Shown here piece by piece: positions 27,562 to 34,376 of a stretch of DNA of 39,997 nt (the stretch's first letter is position 1; every line of letters begins with the position of its first letter). This DNA is from an uncultured Gammaproteobacteria bacterium (lineage in GTDB: Bacteria > Patescibacteriota > Patescibacteriia > UBA1558 > S5-K13). Location: positions 1-39,997 of the forward strand of contig CAZWVD010000001.1 in assembly GCA_964636855.1 (NCBI GenBank), given 5' to 3'. A program made the position numbers and the translations under genes. The notes under the pieces are model-generated. The model saw nothing but the letters and a program-made list of their open reading frames with translations, did no database searches and had not been told where the DNA came from.

Positions 27562-27723
27562 TTAAATCAAAACTAACACTTGGTGCAAGCCACTATTATT
27601 AATCTTTATTTTAGCGGTTAAAACCTTGTCGCATTTAACAGTTTGAACGACTGTTTTACTAGAATAATATTTTAGCTCCTTCATTTTTTTATTGAAGTAA
27701 GCTACAAGCAGTTGATTATCCAT
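27562..27723 (-). CDS. hypothetical small protein (53 aa), hand-called
   Basis: MDNQLLVAYFNKKMKELKYYSSKTVVQTVKCDKVLTAKIKINNSGLHQVLVLI*. Confidence 0.45.
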   Translation of the reverse strand: MDNQLLVAYFNKKMKELKYYSSKTVVQTVKCDKVLTAKIKINNSGLHQVLVLI

Positions 27724-27724
27724 T

Positions 27725-27883
27725 TTATTTTAAAATCCAGATTAATATACAAATACTTTCAGCACCAACAATTAATAACCCACACTCAAATAGTTCTAAC
27801 CATAAACCATTTAATATATTATCAATTCTCGACCTATTACAGGCTTTCATATTCAATTCTCTAAATGTTACTTGACCCTTCAT
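27725..27883 (-). CDS. hypothetical small protein (52 aa) with hydrophobic C-terminus, hand-called
   Basis: MKGQVTFRELNMKACNRSRIDNILNGLWLELFECGLLIVGAESICILIWILK*. Confidence 0.45.
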   Translation of the reverse strand: MKGQVTFRELNMKACNRSRIDNILNGLWLELFECGLLIVGAESICILIWILK

Positions 27884-27892
27884 AGTTTTTTA

Positions 27893-28132
27893 TTATAATA
27901 AATTATATTCCGTTTTGTACTCAAATTCCGAACCATCTACGGTGCACTCATTTAATTCAATGTCAACTTCAACATCTTTTAGGTTATTATCTACCCAATA
28001 AAATACCCCAGAACCCTTACCATCACAGGCCAGGTTCATTTCAAATTCTGCCAACCCCTCAGCCAATCCGTACGACTGGAAGCCTCTTGCTATAAGAGTA
28101 TTCAATAACTCTTGCTTTGCAGTACTATACAT
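27893..28132 (-). CDS. hypothetical acidic protein (79 aa)
   Basis: ORF-track entry. First gene after a minus-strand promoter. Confidence 0.6.
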   Translation of the reverse strand: MYSTAKQELLNTLIARGFQSYGLAEGLAEFEMNLACDGKGSGVFYWVDNNLKDVEVDIELNECTVDGSEFEYKTEYNLL

Positions 28133-28162
28133 AAAATATATTATTAATAACTTAATAATTAG

Positions 28163-28191
28163 ATTGAATCACATATACAAACCCTTGTCAA
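28163..28191 (-). promoter_or_regulatory. sigma70-type promoter TTGACA-17 nt-TTCAAT (minus strand)
   Basis: Read from the reverse complement. Spacer counted by hand. About 30 nt upstream of the ATG at 28132. Confidence 0.4.
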
Positions 28192-28350
28192 GTAATTCTA
28201 ATGTAAATTATCTCTAACTGCTATATTATATCTCCAAACCAAACATATAACAACTATTGTAAAGATATTACATACATTATCACACTGTATATATATGGAT
28301 CTATTCTAATCAAGAAGGATATTATTAATAGTATTAATCACTATACAACA

Positions 28351-28397
28351 ACTAATCTAATACTATCTAAAACTATATATTACTATTTAAATACTAC
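28351..28397. repeat. five helically phased ACTA(A/T/C) repeats
   Basis: ACTA starts at 28351, 28362, 28372, 28382 and 28393 (spacing 11, 10, 10, 11), followed by inverted AGTAT at 28405. Confidence 0.5.
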
Positions 28398-28626
28398 TTA
28401 TTATAGTATTCAATATGCATATAATGCTATTAGAGTAGTATTAGTTGTAGGGATTGATTGATATTGTTTGTTAAGAGGGATAGTTTAACATCTATTTTAT
28501 GTTATCAACTCAACACTTTCACTACTACCATCTACTACTATTTACTATGGGGTACCACAGTCAGATTCTGATTGTAGTATTATAGGTATCTTTTACTCAC
28601 TCATGGAATTTTCTGTATATTGTATA

Positions 28627-28653
28627 AAAGAGAGTAATGTATTTACTCTCTTT
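28627..28653. other. perfect 11-bp hairpin aaagagagtaa-tgtat-ttactctcttt
   Basis: Read directly. Lies in the ORF-free region. Confidence 0.5.
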
Positions 28654-29100
28654 ATCATATACTACAGTAATATTAGAGTAGAATAGTATTAGACGACAAG
28701 GATTAAATCCCTGTTAGGAGATGGCTAGTTGAGACACTAGTTTACCAGTTATAGATATTACCATTTATACTTACTAACTCTTTATTAAGAATTATCCAGT
28801 AATGGGCTCAGGTCTTCCTGTCTAGCCCTAGTAGTTAAAGACGGTCAATAGCTATTGCTATCACATCACTTGTAAACCCCCGTAGCGGTTTATTTCTTTG
28901 GGGACCAGACCTATAACCTTCGTGTTATATAACATCCTCGTCTGAGAGCTGACTTAATTCGCACTCATGTCAGGAATTTGTATTTTCTATGTTTAGAATA
29001 TATCAATACGTATACCGCTTGTCAATACCGTGTAATGCAAGGTACTGATTTATGTTGTTGTATAGGCATAAATATCTTTACCATTTGCCGTCACTATTAT

Positions 29101-29178
29101 TGGACTTGCCGAGAATCGAACTCGGGTATCTACTGCCACTCGTTTAAAGTCTTACAGTAGGCTATTCCTTTCAAGCCC
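29101..29178 (-). pseudogene. tRNA-like element: canonical acceptor stem and T-arm, aberrant D/anticodon region
   Basis: Minus strand GGGCTTG...CCGAG-TTCGATT-CTCGG-CAAGTCC-A. I could not fold a 5-bp/7-nt anticodon arm. Confidence 0.4.
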
Positions 29179-29293
29179 GTATTATAATATACTCACCCTT
29201 CAATTATATATCATTTCAAATTGAAGAGAATAATCAGCTCTCAACCACTATTTAAGGATAATGATTAAGGGTGAATATACTTTAATAATACAA

Positions 29294-29360
29294 TGTAGTT
29301 GACAATGGGATTTGAACCCATAAGTCTCACGGTTTAACCAGTTAACCTATATCAACTACA
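29294..29360 (-). pseudogene. tRNA-like element lacking an anticodon arm (three-way junction)
   Basis: 11-bp closing stem, D-like hairpin GGTT-AACTGGTTA-AACC and T-arm ATGGG-TTCAAAT-CCCAT. Only 8 nt lie between the D-like and T hairpins. Confidence 0.4.
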
Positions 29361-29508
29361 TTCTATTATTAATATACTTTATTATTTCATTTATTTTCAT
29401 ACCTATTAACCATAACATATAATGAATGCCACCCTTATTAATCGCACCCCATTTATAGCCTTCATCTACTGGTAGTAATTCAATCTTGTTATCTATCTGA
29501 TTAACCAT
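29356..29508 (-). CDS. hypothetical small protein (50 aa), hand-called
   Basis: MVNQIDNKIELLPVDEGYKWGAINKGGIHYMLWLIGMKINEIIKYINNRM*. Its stop lies inside the 5' flank of the tRNA-like element. Confidence 0.3.
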   Translation of the reverse strand: MVNQIDNKIELLPVDEGYKWGAINKGGIHYMLWLIGMKINEIIKYINNRM

Positions 29509-29610
29509 TTTTATTATTTCAAATAATTTAACTATACAATGTAATTGCTATTTCGTTACAGGAAATCACCCTGTTTACTTATACTCCCCCTTAAATTATC
29601 AAGGTCTATA

Positions 29611-29681
29611 TTCTGAGGCCTAGACTCGAACTAAGATTTTATGGTCCAGAGCCACATGTACTACCTTTATACTACCTTAGA
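29611..29681 (-). tRNA. tRNA-Gln (anticodon CTG)
   Basis: Hand-folded cloverleaf: acceptor TCTAAGG/CCTCAGA (one A-C mismatch, U1-A72), D-loop with GG, anticodon loop CTCTGGA, T-loop TTCGAGT. 71 nt. Confidence 0.75.
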
Positions 29682-29692
29682 TCATTGTACTC

Positions 29693-29766
29693 TGGCAGAC
29701 TACTGAGGAATCGAACCCCAACTAACTCTTTTGGAGAGAGTCGTCATACCATTAGACCAGTAATCT
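29693..29766 (-). tRNA. tRNA-Trp (anticodon CCA), CCA end encoded
   Basis: Acceptor AGATTAC/GTAGTCT, anticodon arm ACTCT-CTCCAAA-AGAGT, T-arm TGGGG-TTCGATT-CCTCA, discriminator G then CCA. 74 nt. Confidence 0.85.
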
Positions 29767-29769
29767 ATA

Positions 29770-29844
29770 AGCACAAAGTAGGATTTGAACCTACGGATAG
29801 AAGGGTTGCGGCCTACCGTGTTTACCAAACTTCACCATTTGTGC
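29770..29844 (-). tRNA. tRNA-Cys (anticodon GCA) with unusual C33
   Basis: Perfect acceptor GCACAAA/TTTGTGC, discriminator T (U73, as in E. coli tRNA-Cys), T-arm GTAGG-TTCAAAT-CCTAC. The anticodon loop is CCGCAAC and the stem has one T-T mismatch. Confidence 0.7.
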
Positions 29845-30123
29845 AAGGAGAGATACTCAGATATCTATTACAATGAAGTCGCTACATATCTCTCCGTATT
29901 GTTCATAAAGAACATATATTTGTAAGTCTTCATCATATAGTGGACTGTTGCCTGTATTGAGTTACTTCATAAACAGGACTTATTTAGTTGTTCGTTATAC
30001 CCAGTCCAAGTATAATATAATACAGCGCAAAGATGTAACCTATCCTGTATACGCGAATTAGTGCTCTATATTTCTAGAGAGCATACAAATGTTATTATAA
30101 AAGTTATATTTTGTCAAGAGCGA

Positions 30124-30276
30124 TTAAACGTGTTTATAAATCTTGGTTAGATTAGGTACCTTCTCAGGAGTTATATTTGTATTCTTTTCGCATTTCCTAC
30201 ACATTATAGTGTATTTACCGTTATATATCTTTCCGATAATCAGATAATCTTCTTCACCGCATAGTTCACACTTCAT
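30124..30276 (-). CDS. mini zinc-ribbon protein (50 aa), hand-called
   Basis: MKCELCGEEDYLIIGKIYNGKYTIMCRKCEKN..., i.e. CxxC-x19-CxxC. Confidence 0.55.
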   Translation of the reverse strand: MKCELCGEEDYLIIGKIYNGKYTIMCRKCEKNTNITPEKVPNLTKIYKHV

Positions 30277-30418
30277 TTTCACTTACTCTTTTTAATTTAT
30301 TAAAGCACTTATCACATACGGTAAGTTCTAATTTTCCTACCCTTATAGAACTTTTATATGATACTACTGTTTTTCCACAGTATTGACACTTAAACTCTAC
30401 TCTACCGCTTATATCCAT
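30266..30418 (-). CDS. mini zinc-ribbon protein (50 aa), hand-called
   Basis: MDISGRVEFKCQYCGKTVVSYKSSIRVGKLELTVCDKCFNKL..., i.e. CxxC-x20-CxxC. Its stop overlaps the next start by 11 nt. Confidence 0.55.
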   Translation of the reverse strand: MDISGRVEFKCQYCGKTVVSYKSSIRVGKLELTVCDKCFNKLKRVSENEV

Positions 30419-30422
30419 AAAG

Positions 30423-30608
30423 TTATTCATGCTCATTCTCTAACAAATTTATTTTATCGCTTAGATCTGTACTTGTCATACCAATTTGTTCTACTATGTT
30501 TATTGCCGATTCTAACGATATAGAACCGTCAATTACTAACTCCGCTATAAACTTTAATTTGATAGCTAATACTTCTTGTTCGCATTCTGGATTCATATAT
30601 TTACACAT
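30423..30608 (-). CDS. hypothetical acidic protein (61 aa, or 57 aa from the ATG at 30596)
   Basis: ORF directly downstream of the ATP-grasp gene. Confidence 0.55.
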   Translation of the reverse strand: MCKYMNPECEQEVLAIKLKFIAELVIDGSISLESAINIVEQIGMTSTDLSDKINLLENEHE

Positions 30609-31431
30609 TCATATAAATTACATTAAACGAAATAGGATGCATTCCATCCCATATAATACTGGAATCTTCATACAGATCAGAATCTTCCCACATATCTTCT
30701 TCGATTGCAATATTAAACGCACTGGCATATTTATGCGCTGTATATCCAGAAACTTTAGGAGCAGTATTTACTTCACATATTACAAACCCAAACTGATTTG
30801 ACATAATATCTACAGCACCAAAATCCAGTCCTAAAGAGGATACCGCATCAACCGCACTCTTTGCCATGTTAAGATTTATACTATTCCAATTTATGAGTTT
30901 AAAATTGAACCCAGTAGACTTATTCCATACCATCTGATTTTTATCTCCGCCCAGTTTTTCCTGTGCAAGGAGAACCTTGTTTCCCATAACATGAAACCGA
31001 TACTCTCTTTGTTTACTAAATAGATATGTAAAATCTGTACAGCCATGTATTTTGGCATTTTCTACATCAAGCATATTTTTACAAACAAAAAAATGTTTTC
31101 CACCGTAGTGTTTGTCTGGTCTACCTATAATAGTTCTGTTAATCATGTTATTAAAGTCTACGGTTTTTAGCGTAGGAACTCCGTTTTGTTCAAATAACTT
31201 TCTAGCCTTTGGCTTATTAGATGCTATCGCAATAGAATCCGTAGGATTAAATTCGGAATCACTAGGCGTAACCTGGGTTGTACATCCCCAATTAATTACA
31301 TTTCTAGGTTGCTTAAATCTAGATGGGGTTAAAACTCCTCTTTTAGAGTATATTACTTTTGCCTCCAATCCTTCTGCGTGAAGCTCCCTGATCGTCTCTT
31401 CACTGCATTTTTTTGCAACAATTGCATCCAT
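30601..31431 (-). CDS. ATP-grasp ligase (RimK-like)
   Basis: NKPKARKLFEQNGVPT, IGRPDKHYGGKHF, EYRFHVMGNKV and LGLDFGAVDIM...FVICEVNTAPKVSG follow the ATP-grasp layout. Confidence 0.65.
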   Translation of the reverse strand: MDAIVAKKCSEETIRELHAEGLEAKVIYSKRGVLTPSRFKQPRNVINWGCTTQVTPSDSEFNPTDSIAIASNKPKARKLFEQNGVPTLKTVDFNNMINRTIIGRPDKHYGGKHFFVCKNMLDVENAKIHGCTDFTYLFSKQREYRFHVMGNKVLLAQEKLGGDKNQMVWNKSTGFNFKLINWNSINLNMAKSAVDAVSSLGLDFGAVDIMSNQFGFVICEVNTAPKVSGYTAHKYASAFNIAIEEDMWEDSDLYEDSSIIWDGMHPISFNVIYMNV

Positions 31432-31500
31432 AAAAATATCGGTGTTGTAAACTTAAATATTCTATGATACCATTTAAACATTAATATGTCAATAGTATAA

Positions 31501-32115
31501 ATGGGAAAAAAGAGATTCTTTAAGGTACAGGAAGAAGACCGTGGAGAAATTAATGGAACAGTTGACAATTTATTAGACAATCAGTCGGAACTTAAAAGTT
31601 CTGCAGACAGATTAATGATAATAAGTCCAGAAGAAAGACGTAAGATTTTAACTAACTCTCACTGGTCTACACGTGGAAGACTGGTAGAACAAATGGTAGA
31701 AAATGCAATGCTGTCTGGATTCTATGATATTGATAGTATATTCGATTGGCTGGGAGGTTCTAAAGGAGTAAGAAGAGACTCTGTAGAGGTTGCATATAAA
31801 AAAGTTATAGACAAATGGTTAGAAGAAAGTAAGCAACCGGATTCTATGACCAATGTTGAGAGAACTAGGCTTGTTAAAACTGCTTGGAAACTTGTTAGAG
31901 AATGTCAGTCTAAAGCTAACGAGGCAAAAGAATTAAAGGACTGGGTAGCAGTTAAAAGATTGGAACTAGATACACAAGCAAGAATTGCCAAGCTTACATT
32001 CGTTGAAAAGATGATAGACCAAGGAAACGCACCTCTGTCAATTAATCTATTTGGTAGTAATACTCCAGATAATGTAGAACCGATAACTTTTGAAGCAGAG
32101 ATAACAAAGCAATAA
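31501..32115 (+). CDS. terS: putative terminase small subunit
   Basis: Called from position only: immediately upstream of TerL with a stop/start overlap (TAATG). 204 aa. Confidence 0.45.
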   Translation: MGKKRFFKVQEEDRGEINGTVDNLLDNQSELKSSADRLMIISPEERRKILTNSHWSTRGRLVEQMVENAMLSGFYDIDSIFDWLGGSKGVRRDSVEVAYKKVIDKWLEESKQPDSMTNVERTRLVKTAWKLVRECQSKANEAKELKDWVAVKRLELDTQARIAKLTFVEKMIDQGNAPLSINLFGSNTPDNVEPITFEAEITKQ

Positions 32116-33458
32116 TGGATGTTTATTTATTTGAAACCAAACAACCTGACGGTAGTATAACTAGAGCTCCACATGCGGGACAGAAACCCATAATGGAAGA
32201 CAATACTAGATTTAAGGTAGTAGTTTGTGGTAGGCGTTTTGGTAAAACATTAATGTCTATTGTAACGCTTATTGAGAAGGCATCGTCTGGTCCAAACAAG
32301 TTGGTTTGGTATATCGCACCAACCTATAGACAGGCTAAAATGATTGCATGGAGACTTCTAATGAGTAGAATAAGATTGTTTCCAGAGAAGTTCCAGCTTC
32401 AATGCAAGATTAACGAGTCTGCACTTTCTATTATGTTACCAAACGGTAGCTTTATAGAACTAAAAGGTGTTGACAATCCAGACTCACTTAGAGGACAGGG
32501 TGTAGATTACATGGTACTCGACGAATATGCAGACGATAACTATAGTAGAATACCTGTTTGGCAGGAAATTTTAAGACCCGCATTGTCAGATAAAATGGGA
32601 GGCGCAATATTCATATCAACGCCAAAGGGTTATAATCATTTATATGATTTGTTTGAATATGCAGACTCTAAAAAGGATGAGCAATGGAAGGCTTGGAGAA
32701 TGCCAACGTCTAGTAATCCGTACATTAGTAGAAAAGAATTATTGGACGCAAGAAAAGAGCTTGGAGAGGATGTATTTATACAAGAATACGAAGCACAGTT
32801 TACTAAGAAGTCTGGACTTATATACAAAGAATTTAATAGAGATATTCATGTCATAGATCCATTAATTCCAGATCAAATATCTGCACAGTGGTATATGGAA
32901 GTCGGAGTAGACTTTGGTGCGTCACACCCTACCGCCGGAATATTTGTACTGTTTAGTCATATAGATGATACCGCATATGTAGTTGACGAATATTATCAGG
33001 GGGAAAGCATGATTGAAGATAATGCTGCGGCTATGTTCGCAATAGAAAACAAATGGATGAAAAGACCAAATGTTAGATGGGGAGACAGTGCTGGGAAACA
33101 GGAGATACTTGAGTACGGGAGCAGAAAGAATAGGTACTTCCTTAGCCCTACAGTTAAGGGTGCGGGTAGCGTTGAAGTTGGAATTGACAAAGTTAAGAGT
33201 AGACTTAGGGATGATGTATTGACCAGAAAGCCTAAACTATACATATGTAGAAACTGCGTAAATCTAATAAAAGAATTTGAAAATTACAGATGGAGACAAA
33301 GCGAAGACGAAAACAAGAAAGCGGCAGACAGACCGGTTAAGGTTTACGATGATGCCATGGATGCACTACGATATGTTATATCCCACCACACTGTCAAGAC
33401 GGGAGTAACTAAATTACCTATGAGTAAACATAAGAGGAATCCTCTTACTGGATACTAA
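32115..33458 (+). CDS. terL: terminase large subunit
   Basis: Walker A VVCGRRFGKT, Walker B YMVLDEYAD, nuclease-domain VGVDFG and DDAMDALRY. Confidence 0.85.
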   Translation: MDVYLFETKQPDGSITRAPHAGQKPIMEDNTRFKVVVCGRRFGKTLMSIVTLIEKASSGPNKLVWYIAPTYRQAKMIAWRLLMSRIRLFPEKFQLQCKINESALSIMLPNGSFIELKGVDNPDSLRGQGVDYMVLDEYADDNYSRIPVWQEILRPALSDKMGGAIFISTPKGYNHLYDLFEYADSKKDEQWKAWRMPTSSNPYISRKELLDARKELGEDVFIQEYEAQFTKKSGLIYKEFNRDIHVIDPLIPDQISAQWYMEVGVDFGASHPTAGIFVLFSHIDDTAYVVDEYYQGESMIEDNAAAMFAIENKWMKRPNVRWGDSAGKQEILEYGSRKNRYFLSPTVKGAGSVEVGIDKVKSRLRDDVLTRKPKLYICRNCVNLIKEFENYRWRQSEDENKKAADRPVKVYDDAMDALRYVISHHTVKTGVTKLPMSKHKRNPLTGY

Positions 33459-33486
33459 ATATATAAATTTTTATACATAAACAGAC

Positions 33487-34155
33487 ATGAAATGTGTCAT
33501 AAAAAATTCTAGACTCTTAACAGAGTTTACGCTAGAAAGTCTAGCACAGGCAGACGATTCAAGACTTAAAGAAGTATGTAGGCGTTTGCAAATCGGTACA
33601 ACATATAAGAGTATAACCGATAAAGAAGTCTTTTCAAAGGGAAGAGCCATTATGCAAAAGGTAGAACAGCTACTACCAAAAACAAGGGGAATGATGGAAA
33701 CAGAGATTAGAAAAAGACTTACTATCATAATTGAAGTTCCAAAGGAGTTTTGGAGCGACGAACAAAGAGAGTTCTTTATAAAAAACAACATAGCAGAATT
33801 AAAGGATATTAATGAGGAACAAAAGTTAAAAGAAGAAGTTGGAATTAGAATTGTACTACAGCCATTTGAGAAAGCTAGGTCAAAACGTGAAGAGGCACTA
33901 TTGACCGCAGAAGTCTCGGCAGATGTTGCTGATTATATTAAAAGTGTTACCAATGTATCTTTTACTCCAAAATCTACAGACGAGAACGGCAGGATAACAG
34001 AATACAGAAATTCTGCGAGAAATTTTATATCCGTAATTGAAAAGATCGCAGAAACTCCAGAAGAAGAAGAAATTCTAAAAGAGGAAGAGATTAAAAAGCA
34101 GAGGAAGTCCGGTATTAAAGTTAAATCAGATTCTAAAGATGTCTCAGAAGAATAA
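33487..34155 (+). CDS. hypothetical K/E-rich protein (222 aa)
   Basis: ORF between the terminase and portal genes. Confidence 0.6.
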   Translation: MKCVIKNSRLLTEFTLESLAQADDSRLKEVCRRLQIGTTYKSITDKEVFSKGRAIMQKVEQLLPKTRGMMETEIRKRLTIIIEVPKEFWSDEQREFFIKNNIAELKDINEEQKLKEEVGIRIVLQPFEKARSKREEALLTAEVSADVADYIKSVTNVSFTPKSTDENGRITEYRNSARNFISVIEKIAETPEEEEILKEEEIKKQRKSGIKVKSDSKDVSEE

Positions 34156-34345
34156 AGAAAAGGTTGATTTGAGTACGTATCCAGAGGAGTTTTTCCTCTG
34201 GTTACATTCAAACGTTAAAGATTTACAATTTGGTAAAGTGGATATCACTATAGTAGAAGGCTCAATTGAATCCGTACATATAGTTAAAACATTTAAACCA
34301 GAGGTCGGTATTGACAAAAATTTGAAAACATGTATAGTATGTTAA
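34139..34345 (+). CDS. hypothetical protein (68 aa)
   Basis: ORF overlapping the upstream stop. Confidence 0.5.
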   Translation: MSQKNKEKVDLSTYPEEFFLWLHSNVKDLQFGKVDITIVEGSIESVHIVKTFKPEVGIDKNLKTCIVC

Positions 34346-34376
34346 TTACTATAGGATAATTTTTATTTATTATATA

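Noticed and set aside
28696-28714. Possible extra tRNA T-arm (CAGGG-ATTTAAT-CCTTG on the minus strand)
   Set aside because: The loop lacks the TTC(R)A T-loop signature, and no matching acceptor strand is present on either side.
28978-29160. 60-aa + strand ORF
   Set aside because: It overlaps the reverse complement of the tRNA-like element at 29101-29178, is Cys/Tyr-rich and low-complexity, and is an isolated + strand ORF in a minus-strand block.
29101-29178. Reading the CUUUAAA string in the tRNA-like element as an ochre-suppressor (UUA) anticodon loop
   Set aside because: The flanking bases (TAAGA / CGAGT) cannot form an anticodon stem. In addition, the window's genes are intact in the standard code, so nothing supports stop-codon recoding.
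29685-29876. 63-aa + strand ORF
   Set aside because: It is the antisense of the tRNA-Trp and tRNA-Cys genes.
27200-30120. Possibility that the ORF-poor stretch reflects a block of genes using a reassigned stop codon
   Set aside because: Small standard-code ORFs, tRNAs and hairpins account for much of it. All flanking early and late genes are uninterrupted in code 11, and no suppressor tRNA was found.
30496-30801. 101-aa + strand ORF
   Set aside because: It is antisense to the end of the ATP-grasp gene and to the 61-aa gene.
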